From Candidatus Anderseniibacteriota bacterium (GTDB lineage Bacteria; Patescibacteriota; JAUYIX01), in the NCBI GenBank assembly GCA_046350905.1, contig JAXLZN010000003.1:1673-65672 (forward strand): a stretch of DNA of 64,000 bases. Reading direction: 5' to 3'. Below the pieces are notes generated by a model. The model saw only the letters and a program-made list of their open reading frames with translations, was not told where the DNA came from and did not search any database. This document shows, piece by piece, positions 1 to 9,186 of the stretch. Within the stretch, counting starts at the first letter, position 1; each line of letters starts with the position of its first letter. Made by a program: the position numbers and the translations under genes.

Positions 1-2975
1 GCGTCGACGGTGATGCGGAACGTGATAGTCGCGGTGTCGCCTCGGTTGATCAGGTCAAAGCCTGAGACATCCAGGAAGCCCGTACCGTTCGACCCAGCGG
101 GTGCCGGCTTGGAGTTGTCCGTTGCTCCCGTCGGCAGCGGCGGTACCACTGTGAACCCGTGGACGAGCGGCGGCATGTTGTCCGTAACCCGCACGTTCTT
201 GAGGGCGGCGTTGCCGTTGTTCCAGACCACCAGGCTGCACTCGACCACATCGTTCGGGAGGAGCGTGCCACCGTTGACGTCTTTGCAGAGCTTGATGATC
301 TCAATGTCCTGCTTGATCACGTTGCCCGGGACTGACACGTCAGTCTCGGTCTGGTCCTGGTCAACGGTCTTGCCGTTGGTGTCGACCATCACCACGTAGT
401 TGGGCAGAACGTAGTTGCCCGGCGCCAGGTTGGCGTCGATGGTTGCCTTGAACGAGACGCTCCCCGAGGCAACCTGCAGGCCTGAGCTGTTGGGTACCTG
501 CCAGGTGATCGTCTGTGCGGCCGGGTTGTCGACGCCGCCACCCGTGATCGATCCCGGGACAATCGTCACCAAGTTGTCGTAGGTGTCGACGATTGAGAAC
601 TTGTACGTCGGCACAAAGCCCGAGCAGGTCCAGCTGATGGTGTAGGTCAACGTCTCACCCGGCGAGGAGGTGGTCTTCTTGGGATCGTCGGGGTTGCCCT
701 CGTTGGCCGGGGTCGTATCGCTGACCTTCTTGTCGATGCTGCACTGGAAGACCTGCACCGACGGGCGCGGGTTGTACCCCCAGAACATCTCGGGTGTTCG
801 ATTGCTGCTCGAGAGCGTGACGTTGGCACACGCCGCAGCTGGCGTCGTGCGCTTCATCGAGCTGATCTTGAAGTTCTTGCCGGTCGTATCGAGCTCGGCC
901 GAATCGGACTCGTCGACGCAGACGGTGTAAGCACCATCCGCCAGCTTGTCGAAGTTGACGTAGCCGTCGCAGGCAACCGGTCCACCTCGGGCCGCAGTGT
1001 CCTTGCTTGAGAGGGTGGTGCCGGCCGCGTTCTTGAGCGTCACCGTCGCCCGGTTGTACCCAAGCTCAGTTGAGCTGCAGGTGGTCGCGTCGATCTTGCC
1101 GTTCTCGTTCTTGTCGTTAAAGACGTAGCCGGTGATGGAGCCGACGTTACCCTGCGGCTGACCCTGGACGGTGATGCCAACCGTGCACGAGGCGGTTTGG
1201 TTGGCGTCGTTGGTCACCGTCAAGGTGGCAGTAAAGCTGCCGGTCTGCGTGTAGGTGTGGTTGACCGTCGCACCGCTGCCGTTCGCCGAGTTGTCACCAA
1301 AGGCCCAGTCGTACTTGGTCATGGTGTGGCCTTGACCGGGGTTGGATCCGGTTCCGTCGAACGCGACCGCGAGCGGAGCAGCCCCCGAGGTCGGCGTCGC
1401 GGTCGCCACGCAGGTCAGTCCGACCTGTACGAGCCGCTGGAAGCCAAAGTGCGCAACTGCGGTCTGGTTCTTGACCACCGTGACGGGGAGGTCCTGGAGC
1501 GCCTGTGGGTTGTGGCCAGTGTCGGCCACTTCCTTAAAGACGTTCGGATCAGGTCCGTGGTTGTTGCTCAGTCCGTCGTAGCTGCGGTACGAAACCGTGT
1601 ACGAACCAACCGCGAGCTTGTCACAGGTAGCCTGGCCCGCGCCACCCACTTGGTCGTTGCCTGTCGAGCACTTGGTGTAGTCAACTTCTTGCCCGGCCGA
1701 GTTGGTGATCTTGTAGCGTGCCTGGAAGAAGACGTTGCCTTCGCCGGAGGGTGCCGGGTCGTACTCGTTGTTACGTGGGTTCCAGTCTTCGTAGATCGCG
1801 AGGTTGATGGCGCCGAGGTCCGCTCCCACGACCTGCTGCACGTAGCCAAAGTCGGCCGTAACTGACGTACCTGCCGTTACGGTAACAGTGTACGGGTCCT
1901 CGCCGTTAGGGTTGTTGCCGACCACCTTGATGGGACCCGAGTACGGTGCCCCGATGGGTGGTTCCGTGCTGACGTCGTACTGACCAGCCGGCAGCCCCTT
2001 GCAGTTGTCGCGACCAGCGCCGCCAACCTTAGCGTCGCCGCCGTCGCAGAGCTTGCTGTAGTCAATCTCAGTGCGGGTGTTGTGCAAAAAGACCTGGTAG
2101 CCGTGGCCCGCAAACACCGCGCCCTCGCCTGCCGGCGGGTCGTCGTACGCGTTGTTCTTGTTGAGGTCCTCAAAGATACGGATCTGCAGGTCGCCTGTCG
2201 GCGCCGGTGCGTTGGGGCACGAAGCGGTGTTCCCGGTTGCCACACGCGCAATGTCGCCGATGCCGTACATGAAGCGTCCCGTTTTCTGGCCGTTGGCGTC
2301 GAGCTCGTTGAAGTAGTCGTCGAACTGGTGGTAGTTGCAGGTCAGGAAGGGGTGCCGTGCTGTGATCGCGACCGTCTGCCCGGCTGGGATGGTGATCTTC
2401 TGTGCCGTGTCGCCCGTCTTGGCTTGGTTACCCTCGTTGAGGGGCGGCGGCACCTGCGTCAGCTGGTCGCAGTCCGCGTTGGCCGGGTTGTAGTCAGAGC
2501 GCTGCGCCACGGCCAGCATGTCCTGGTAGCCGTGCGCATCTGGCCAGTCTGCTGAGCCGGCAATGTCGTCCTGGTCCTTGCAGCCGTTGCTCTGACCAAC
2601 CGGCGGGATCTGCCAGGCTACGATGTCGTAGTCGAACTGATCCACGCTGAAGGTTTCATCCGTGGTGAGGTGGTTGGTGCAGGCGTAGTCGTAGCTGAGG
2701 ATGTCCCCCGGTGCGTGCCCCGAGAAAGCCTGCCCACCCGAGAAGCCGCTCGTACACGAGACCTCCGTTGGCGGGATCTGCGTCCCCCCGGCGAACTTTT
2801 GCGAGCTCACGCCCACAAAGCCCCCCGGCGTATCTACCGAGTAGGTAGCCTGGTTGAGGCCGGTGAGCGCCGTACCGGCACCCCCGAAGCCAAAGTACCA
2901 GACGGCGAAGCCGCCGCCGATTAGAACGATCGCCAAGATAATGGCGATGAGTGAGTAACGGGCCCTGGTAGACAT
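1..2975 (-). CDS. Large membrane-anchored cell-surface protein (SdrD-B/Cna-B-like repeats, PKD domain, DUF11-type repeats); 3' end lies beyond window start
   Basis: Own translation of the minus strand from ATG at 2975: MSTRARYSLIAIILAIVLIGGGFAVWYFGF... (TM anchor), open to position 1 (about 991 codons). The ORF track has no minus ORF in this frame because no stop falls inside the window. Two tandem units of about 110 aa (IRIFEDLNKNNAYDDPPAGEG... / LAIYEDWNPRNNEYDPAPSGEG...). SdrD-B-like ITGYVFNDKNENGKIDA. PKD-like APLAVAFDGTGS...YDWAFGDNS...HTYTQTGSFTATLTVTND. DUF11-like SPGETLTYTISW and VVECSLVVWNNGNAALKNVRVTD. Confidence 0.75.
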   Translation of the reverse strand, partial: MSTRARYSLIAIILAIVLIGGGFAVWYFGFGGAGTALTGLNQATYSVDTPGGFVGVSSQKFAGGTQIPPTEVSCTSGFSGGQAFSGHAPGDILSYDYACTNHLTTDETFSVDQFDYDIVAWQIPPVGQSNGCKDQDDIAGSADWPDAHGYQDMLAVAQRSDYNPANADCDQLTQVPPPLNEGNQAKTGDTAQKITIPAGQTVAITARHPFLTCNYHQFDDYFNELDANGQKTGRFMYGIGDIARVATGNTASCPNAPAPTGDLQIRIFEDLNKNNAYDDPPAGEGAVFAGHGYQVFLHNTRTEIDYSKLCDGGDAKVGGAGRDNCKGLPAGQYDVSTEPPIGAPYSGPIKVVGNNPNGEDPYTVTVTAGTSVTADFGYVQQVVGADLGAINLAIYEDWNPRNNEYDPAPSGEGNVFFQARYKITNSAGQEVDYTKCSTGNDQVGGAGQATCDKLAVGSYTVSYRSYDGLSNNHGPDPNVFKEVADTGHNPQALQDLPVTVVKNQTAVAHFGFQRLVQVGLTCVATATPTSGAAPLAVAFDGTGSNPGQGHTMTKYDWAFGDNSANGSGATVNHTYTQTGSFTATLTVTNDANQTASCTVGITVQGQPQGNVGSITGYVFNDKNENGKIDATTCSSTELGYNRATVTLKNAAGTTLSSKDTAARGGPVACDGYVNFDKLADGAYTVCVDESDSAELDTTGKNFKISSMKRTTPAAACANVTLSSSNRTPEMFWGYNPRPSVQVFQCSIDKKVSDTTPANEGNPDDPKKTTSSPGETLTYTISWTCSGFVPTYKFSIVDTYDNLVTIVPGSITGGGVDNPAAQTITWQVPNSSGLQVASGSVSFKATIDANLAPGNYVLPNYVVMVDTNGKTVDQDQTETDVSVPGNVIKQDIEIIKLCKDVNGGTLLPNDVVECSLVVWNNGNAALKNVRVTDNMPPLVHGFTVVPPLPTGATDNSKPAPAGSNGTGFLDVSGFDLINRGDTATITFRITVD

Positions 2976-3172
2976 GCGTGGGCGTAGTTAAGTAGGTAGA
3001 CCTCGAGGTCCCCCGCGATGAGAGGCTGCAGACCCCTTTCGGCGTGCCCGCGGGAAGCGATTAATTAGGGAAGTGCGCCGAACACTTGCGGCACTACTGT
3101 GCAACGTTCACGTTCGTTGCACAAGTTGGCTAGCCGCCAACTGTGGATACCGCGCGCAGTTTCTGGAGCGCG

Positions 3173-3970
3173 CTATTTGTGGATAACTACCGCGTCTCCA
3201 CCGGTGGCCTTGAGAGCCGCCATCAGGTCCGAGTAGGGGTACGGGTAATCCCCACCCCAGGTCGTTCCGTTGTCGTTAGCAATCAACCGATCAGCGGTGT
3301 ACCCCACCAGGACGAACATGTGGTAGCCCTGCTCGCGGTAGCGGGGGTTGTGCAGCGGCGCCGCGATGGTTGGCACGATGACTGGGTAGCCGGCCGCGAG
3401 TTCGCGCTTAATGTCATCAACGGTCACGTCCTTGAGGACACGCACGTCGGTGTGGCCGTAGTAGTCACGGAGCAACACGGCCTCCTCGTCGGCGTAGACA
3501 TCGTGCTCGTCACCCCAGGTCTTCTTTTGCCAGGCCACGAGCTTGTAGATCTCGTCGTCAGCTTGCTGCAGGGTGACGGTACGGCCGACGGCGTAGTTGT
3601 GGGCCATGAGCGCGGCGGCCTCTTCGCACGACTCGGCGTGCTTGGCCCACTCGACAGGGCCTGGGTCGAGCGGTGCCTGCGGGATAAACTGCACCTTGAG
3701 CAGTACTTTGTCGGGCAGCGCGGCAGGCTGCGCGTCCGCGATCGCGTTGGACCAGCCTGTCGTGTTGCTGGTGTTCGTCAGCTCCGGGACTGCCGCTGGT
3801 TGGGCGGCGTCGTTGCTGAAGCTCGAGAGAATATCGTTGCGCTCACGATCCGCTTGGTAGGTGCGGAACCGTCCCAGCAGGTCAAACTTCCACGCAGCGA
3901 GCGCGGCTCCAGCGAGGAGCAGTAGCGCGAGAGCAACGAGGATGGAGCGGCGCGTAGTTCGTGTAGTCAC
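3173..3970 (-). CDS. Membrane-anchored peptidase C39-like (C39_2/BtrH-like) domain protein
   Basis: 265-aa ORF with N-terminal TM (ILVALALLLLAGAALAAW). Candidate catalytic Cys context ESCEEAAALMAHNY and His context GYHMFVLVGY, as in C39-like papain-fold peptidases. Family call is from memory of motifs only. Confidence 0.5.
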   Translation of the reverse strand: MTTRTTRRSILVALALLLLAGAALAAWKFDLLGRFRTYQADRERNDILSSFSNDAAQPAAVPELTNTSNTTGWSNAIADAQPAALPDKVLLKVQFIPQAPLDPGPVEWAKHAESCEEAAALMAHNYAVGRTVTLQQADDEIYKLVAWQKKTWGDEHDVYADEEAVLLRDYYGHTDVRVLKDVTVDDIKRELAAGYPVIVPTIAAPLHNPRYREQGYHMFVLVGYTADRLIANDNGTTWGGDYPYPYSDLMAALKATGGDAVVIHK

Positions 3971-4001
3971 GTACGCTCTCTACACCAACACGAGCCGCAC
4001 G

Positions 4002-4427
4002 TCAATACTTACGGATGAACGCCGGGCTGAACGAGTTGAACGGAGCAAAGTCTCGCGGCGGGTACTGGGAGGCAAACTCTCCAGCCCGCTCCTGCATGAT
4101 GAACGCAGCACGCTGCTTGATGTCTGGCGGCAAGCTGCCTGAGTCGCGGAAGGCACGCGACTCTTCGTGCTTGAGGCTGTAGCCGTACTTACGGAGAAAG
4201 CCGTACTTGGTGCTCCAGGCTTTGGCGTCTCTACCACCCTGCTGCACGTGCCGGGCAGCCTCGGCGGTAGCGAGCCGGAGGTCGTTGTGCACCTTGGGAC
4301 GTACGTACTGCAAAAAGTACAGCGAGCTAGCAGCTTTGTAGGCTGCGCGTTCGCGCGCCTCGGGTGTACTGAGGTCTGCTTTTGCAAACGGGTTGATGCT
4401 GCGGACGACGTCGCTCCAAAAGCCCAT
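4002..4427 (-). CDS. Hypothetical protein (141 aa)
   Basis: Intact ORF, tightly packed between neighbours on the same strand. No recognisable motif. Confidence 0.5.
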   Translation of the reverse strand: MGFWSDVVRSINPFAKADLSTPEARERAAYKAASSLYFLQYVRPKVHNDLRLATAEAARHVQQGGRDAKAWSTKYGFLRKYGYSLKHEESRAFRDSGSLPPDIKQRAAFIMQERAGEFASQYPPRDFAPFNSFSPAFIRKY

Positions 4428-4429
4428 GG

Positions 4430-5182
4430 CTACCAGAGCTTAACCTCGCGACGGCTGAAGAGCCAGAGCGCCAGCGCAAACGACCCCAGCGCGAACGGTA
4501 CGAGCACCGCTAGGTCGGTCGGGAGGCCAAAGGTACCAGCGCTGAAGACTGACGTTCGCACCGCATCGACGCCGTAGGTCAGCGGGTTGACCATGCTCAG
4601 GTACTGCAGCGCCGAGGGAACATCTTGCAGCGGAAAGAAGGCCCCAGAGACAAAAATCAACGGGCTGACCACGAAGGTCAGGAACGAGTTGTAGGCCTTG
4701 GTGCTGTAGAAAATAGACGCGGCGACGATGCCGATGCTCGAAAAACCTAGGACGATCAGGCCGACGATGGGTATCGAGATGAGCGCGCCGTAGAGCGCGA
4801 CGTGGTTGGCCACCAAGAAAATCACCAGCGCCAGCAGGAAGGTCACGCCTTGCTCGGTCAGCTCGGCAAGCATTTTACCGAGCAGGATCGACGAACGCGT
4901 GATGGGCGCGACGAGGACGTTGCCGATGGCACCCTCGCGGTCGCGGATCAGGGAGAACCCAACCTGCATCGACGAGCCAATGGCCGCGACCGCGATCAAG
5001 CCGGGTCCAAAGAACCCGAAGTAGCCGCTGCCGACCCCGGGCAGCTTGACCACGTCGTTGAGGCTGAGCCCCACCAGAAAAATGATGATGATCGGCGAGA
5101 GGAGGTTGATGACGACGTGCGACGGGTCGGCAAAAAACTTGAGCAGCTCACGACGCCAGATGGTGGTGATGTCGGTGAGCAT
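4430..5182 (-). CDS. ABC-2 type transporter permease
   Basis: 250 aa, multi-TM, typical ABC-2 permease pattern. Lies directly downstream of the ABC ATPase. Confidence 0.8.
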   Translation of the reverse strand: MLTDITTIWRRELLKFFADPSHVVINLLSPIIIIFLVGLSLNDVVKLPGVGSGYFGFFGPGLIAVAAIGSSMQVGFSLIRDREGAIGNVLVAPITRSSILLGKMLAELTEQGVTFLLALVIFLVANHVALYGALISIPIVGLIVLGFSSIGIVAASIFYSTKAYNSFLTFVVSPLIFVSGAFFPLQDVPSALQYLSMVNPLTYGVDAVRTSVFSAGTFGLPTDLAVLVPFALGSFALALWLFSRREVKLW

Positions 5183-5187
5183 GTTCG

Positions 5188-6153
5188 TTATGACTCGTCG
5201 TCCTGGCTCATGGCGTGGCCGGTCGCGTTGAGGAAGACGTCCTCGAGCGTGGGTGGCTCAATACGGAACGAACGCACACGCTGCGTGTTGCTCTGCAGCG
5301 CCTCAATCAACGCGGGTACGCGGCGTTCGCCGTCGCTCATCTTGAGACGCACCTCGCCGCCCTGCACGTGGACGTCCTGCACGCCGGGCACACGCGCGAG
5401 CGCAGCGTTGAGCGCGGCAGCCGGCTGCACCACCCGAGCGTGCACCACGTCGTCGCCGAGCGCGCGCTTGAGCTCCTCGGGCGAACCCTGCGCCCGGATC
5501 GTCCCGCGGTCGATGATCGCGACGACGTCGCAGAGACGGTCAGCTTCTTCGAGGTAGTGCGAGGTCAGCACGATGGTCACGTCCCCGCGGCGTCGCAGCC
5601 GCTCGACTTCGGTCCAGATAGCGCGGCGCGATTCGATGTCGAGGCCGACGGTCGGCTCGTCGAGGAAGAGCACCTCCGGCGTGTGCATCAGCCCGCGGGC
5701 GACCTCGAGCCGGCGGCGGAGCCCGCCCGAGAGCTGGCCGGTGCGAGAGCGTTCGCGCTGGGTCAGGCCGGCAAACTCGAGCGCTTGCTGCACACGTGCT
5801 CGTCGCTGCGCGTGCGGGATGTGGTGCAAGCGTGCGTGCAGGTCGAGGTTGGCGCGCACGCTCAGGTCGAGGTCGAGCATCTCCTCCTGAAACACGATGC
5901 CGATTGCGGCGCGCGCGGCGCGAGGATCGTGCTGCACGTCACGGCCCGCCACGTGCGCGCTGCCTGAGGTTGGCCGCAGTAGCGTGGTGAGCATGCCGAG
6001 CGTGGTGCTCTTACCCGCCCCGTTGGGGCCGAGCATGCCAAAGACCACACCGCGTGGCACAGTCAGCGTCAGGTTCTTGACCGCAACCTGGTCACGGTAC
6101 CGCTTGGTGAGGTGGTCCGCCTGGATGGCGGGCGACGCGGAGCGCTGGGCCAT
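5188..6153 (-). CDS. ABC transporter ATP-binding protein (DrrA/CcmA-like exporter class)
   Basis: Walker A GPNGAGKST, signature LSGGLRRRL, Walker B LFLDEPT. Confidence 0.9.
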   Translation of the reverse strand: MAQRSASPAIQADHLTKRYRDQVAVKNLTLTVPRGVVFGMLGPNGAGKSTTLGMLTTLLRPTSGSAHVAGRDVQHDPRAARAAIGIVFQEEMLDLDLSVRANLDLHARLHHIPHAQRRARVQQALEFAGLTQRERSRTGQLSGGLRRRLEVARGLMHTPEVLFLDEPTVGLDIESRRAIWTEVERLRRRGDVTIVLTSHYLEEADRLCDVVAIIDRGTIRAQGSPEELKRALGDDVVHARVVQPAAALNAALARVPGVQDVHVQGGEVRLKMSDGERRVPALIEALQSNTQRVRSFRIEPPTLEDVFLNATGHAMSQDDES

Positions 6154-6154
6154 G

Positions 6155-6394
6155 CTACCGAGGGAGCAGCGGCTGGGTCTGCTGCTGGAACGGGGTCGGT
6201 CCGCTGAAGACGCTGGTTTGCAACCCTTGGCGGAAGTACCAGATGCCGGCCGCGGCGGCTACGACGAGCACGAGCGCTGCGACGACGATGAGCACTGCGC
6301 TCCCCTGCAGGCGCGAGCGCTTGGGGCTGTCCGTGCTCGGCACAAAGATCGGCCGCGGGTTGTAGAACGGCGACTGCTTTGGCGAACTAACCAT
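6155..6394 (-). CDS. Small single-pass membrane protein (79 aa)
   Basis: ORF with central hydrophobic helix AVLIVVAALVLVVAAAAGIWYF. Stop abuts the ABC ATPase start. Confidence 0.45.
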   Translation of the reverse strand: MVSSPKQSPFYNPRPIFVPSTDSPKRSRLQGSAVLIVVAALVLVVAAAAGIWYFRQGLQTSVFSGPTPFQQQTQPLLPR

Positions 6395-6411
6395 GCCAGC
6401 AGTCTACCACG

Positions 6412-7182
6412 CTACGAACGTAGGCCGAGGCTGCTGGTCCGGCGGGTCTGCGCACGGTGCAGAGCCTGCTCGCGAGCCAGGGCGACGTAGCGGTCAGGCA
6501 GCGCCGTGAGCGTGGGGTCGTCACCGTGCGAGCGCAGACCCGCCGCGATGAGTGTGTCGGCGAGGCGTGGGTTCTTGGGTAGCAGCGGGCCGTGGAGGTA
6601 CGTGCCGATTGCATGGCCGACAACCACACCTTCGTACTCGTCATCCCCGTTGTTGCCCGAACCGATCGCCACGCGGCCGAGCGGCGCTGAGGACGTACGA
6701 CCAGCAGGTGCCGTGTGCAGGAAGGTTCGCCCTGAGTGGTTTTCAAAACCGACGAGTGTACCGAACTTTTCTGACTCCACCACCAGGTCACCGATCATGC
6801 GGCGGGTACCTGCCTCGGTGTGTACCGGCAGCAAGCCGAGGCCGGCAATGCGCGCACTCTCGTGCGGCTGGTAGTAGCTGCCGAGGAGCTGGTAGCCACC
6901 GCACACGGCGAGCAGCCCCCCACCCTGCTCGAGCAACGTTGCGAGTGCAGCGCGCTTGCTCGGCAGGTCACGTGCGACGAGCGACTGCTCTTGATCTTGC
7001 CCGCCGCCAAAAAAAACGAGGTCGGCGACGGACGGGAGTGGTTCGCCAACGGTCACGCCCCGAACTGCCACGTCAATGCCGCGGGCACGTGCGCGGTGCG
7101 CGAGCGTGAGGACGTTGCCCCGGTCGCCGTAGAGGTTCATGAGGTCGTGGTACAGCCAGACGATGGTCAGGTGGCGGCTCAT
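6412..7182 (-). CDS. gatD: Lipid II isoglutaminyl synthase, glutaminase subunit GatD (CobQ-type amidotransferase)
   Basis: LAVCGGYQLLGSYY (nucleophile Cys) and GFENHSGRT motifs. ATGA overlap with upstream murT. Confidence 0.8.
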   Translation of the reverse strand: MSRHLTIVWLYHDLMNLYGDRGNVLTLAHRARARGIDVAVRGVTVGEPLPSVADLVFFGGGQDQEQSLVARDLPSKRAALATLLEQGGGLLAVCGGYQLLGSYYQPHESARIAGLGLLPVHTEAGTRRMIGDLVVESEKFGTLVGFENHSGRTFLHTAPAGRTSSAPLGRVAIGSGNNGDDEYEGVVVGHAIGTYLHGPLLPKNPRLADTLIAAGLRSHGDDPTLTALPDRYVALAREQALHRAQTRRTSSLGLRS

Positions 7183-8609
7183 GCGTGCGAGGTGGTGACG
7201 AGGCCGCGGCGTGCCAGCCGTTGGCGCAGCAGGAGGAGCGCTGTGTAGCTCGCGACGACGTGGAGCGGTGCGGCGCGCGCCCCTGCTCCAGGCTGCGTCG
7301 CCTGGTCGAATGCGCGCTCGAGGTCGGGCGTCACCGCAACCTCACGACGAGCGCCCGCAGTGTCGAGGCGGAGGGCCAGGTCGCCGGCGCGTTGCCCCGT
7401 CACACTGAGGGACGTGGCACGCGGCGCCACGTCTTCAAAATCCACATCCCAGATCCAGGAGACGTCTTGCCCGTCCGCCCAGTTGTCGTTGAGCGCGAGC
7501 AGGAGGTGCGGTGCTGCATCGACGTCGAGGATGCCGCGCAGCACCTCGTTGTAGCCGGTCGGATTCTTGGCCAGGTGCAGGTAGACGTGGCGACCGGCAA
7601 CGCTGAGGCGTTCGCCCCGACCGAAGGCACGGCCGGCGGCAGCAACCCCGGCGAGGAAGGCCGTGCGGGGAATGTCGAGCGCCTGCGCCGCAGCCGCCGC
7701 CGCAGCAATGTTGAAGGCGTTGTAGCGACCGACGAGCGCGGATGGTACCTCGAGCGCGCCACTCGGCAGCAGCAACGTCACGAGCGACCGTTCAAATCCT
7801 TTGGGCTGGTAGGCCGTCAGCGCAACGTCTGGCTGCGGCGTCGCATAGTCGCACGAGCTGCACGTCAGTACCCCGAGGTGTGCGATGAAGCGTTCGCCGT
7901 GGAGGACGTCGCCGCAGGAGGGGCAGCGCACCGCGTCGGCCGCAGTGCGGTTGGGCGTACCTACTACCTGAGTGTTGCCGACGCCAAAGGTGATGGTGCT
8001 GCGCCGGCCGCGTGCGAGCTGCGCAAGCCGCGGATCGTTGGCGTTGATGACGAGCCGGGCGGTCGGCGGCAGCTCGGCTACCACTCCGCGCCAGCGCCTG
8101 GCGATCGAGTCAACTTCGCCGTAGCGGTCAAGCTGGTCGCGGAAGAGGTTGGTCATGACCAGCACGTGCGGCGGCAGCGCGCGCGCCAGACGCGGCAGTG
8201 CGTCTTCGTCAGCTTCGAGCACCGCCACGTCGGCCTGGACGCGGCCACCGACCCGCGCTGCCGCCGCCAACGCAGCTGCTGCGCCACTGGCGAGGTTGGC
8301 GCCTTCGGGGTTGGCAACGACGGTTCGGCCTGCGGCGCGGAGCGCAGCTGCGATCAAGCGCGCGGTCGTAGTCTTGCCGTTGGTGCCTGCAACTAAGACG
8401 ACCGCGCCGAGCTGCGGTGCTGCATGCTCGAGGTAGCGCGGATCAACGCGGAGCGCTACGAGCCCGGGCAAGCTCGAGCCCTGCCCGCGACCGCTCAGCC
8501 GCACGACGCCACGCGTCAACTTGGCAGCGAGCGTGGCGAGGCGAGCGCGGAACGGCACGGCCTTAGGTTCGCTCCGGGTGGCGGCGCACCAGGCGGAGCC
8601 GCGGAACAA
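7179..8609 (-). CDS. murT: Lipid II isoglutaminyl synthase, Mur-ligase subunit MurT
   Basis: GTNGKTTT P-loop, Cys4 ribbon CPSCGDVL...CSSCDY, C-terminal DUF1727-like NDNWADGQDVSWIWDVDFE. The true start may be GTG at 8558, which would remove the 47-nt overlap with the upstream gene. Confidence 0.85.
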   Translation of the reverse strand: MFRGSAWCAATRSEPKAVPFRARLATLAAKLTRGVVRLSGRGQGSSLPGLVALRVDPRYLEHAAPQLGAVVLVAGTNGKTTTARLIAAALRAAGRTVVANPEGANLASGAAAALAAAARVGGRVQADVAVLEADEDALPRLARALPPHVLVMTNLFRDQLDRYGEVDSIARRWRGVVAELPPTARLVINANDPRLAQLARGRRSTITFGVGNTQVVGTPNRTAADAVRCPSCGDVLHGERFIAHLGVLTCSSCDYATPQPDVALTAYQPKGFERSLVTLLLPSGALEVPSALVGRYNAFNIAAAAAAAQALDIPRTAFLAGVAAAGRAFGRGERLSVAGRHVYLHLAKNPTGYNEVLRGILDVDAAPHLLLALNDNWADGQDVSWIWDVDFEDVAPRATSLSVTGQRAGDLALRLDTAGARREVAVTPDLERAFDQATQPGAGARAAPLHVVASYTALLLLRQRLARRGLVTTSHA

Positions 8610-9177
8610 ACGCGAGTACGACCGCGGCGAGCAGCCCGCCGTACAGGTCGAGGCTCAGGTCGTTGGCGGTATCAAAGCCGTCGCCGAGGCGGTGGCTGCC
8701 GGTCAGCAGGTCGCCGTAGTACTCCGAGAGTTCGTAGAGTACGCCGAGCAGCGCGGCAAAGCTGGCGCCGGTGATGATGATCTCTGGTCGCGTCGGCGCA
8801 CCAGCGTGCCGTGCACGTGCAGCAAGGTACGCGCTCGTGGTGGCCCACCCCGCCATCACGCCACCCGAAAAGTGCATGACCTGGTCGAACCAGCTTAAGT
8901 GTTCGTACCAGTGCAGGATGTCGCCGGTCGCATCAGCCGCGGTGAGCACGGCAAAGAGCAGCGCAATCCCACCGACGTTGAGGCGGAGGTCAAAGCGTCG
9001 GTCGAGCCAGGCCAGCACCTCAAAGGCGAGCAGGGCGGCGACGGCCTGCCAGAGCAAGCCGCTCCAGGTGAACTGCGGCTGGAGCGTCAGGACGTGCGCC
9101 TGCCCGAGTGCTTCAGTAACGATGAGTACGACGAGTACCGCGCGCGCTAGCCAGTGCAACGGATCACGTCGTGCCAT
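8563..9177 (-). CDS. Integral membrane protein, DUF2238/YjdF-like
   Basis: 204 aa, multiple TM helices. C-terminal acidic motif ELSEYYGDLL...GDGFDTANDLSLDLYGGLLA resembles the DUF2238 signature. Weak family call. Confidence 0.5.
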   Translation of the reverse strand: MARRDPLHWLARAVLVVLIVTEALGQAHVLTLQPQFTWSGLLWQAVAALLAFEVLAWLDRRFDLRLNVGGIALLFAVLTAADATGDILHWYEHLSWFDQVMHFSGGVMAGWATTSAYLAARARHAGAPTRPEIIITGASFAALLGVLYELSEYYGDLLTGSHRLGDGFDTANDLSLDLYGGLLAAVVLAFVPRLRLVRRHPERT

Positions 9178-9186
9178 GCCGGCAGC

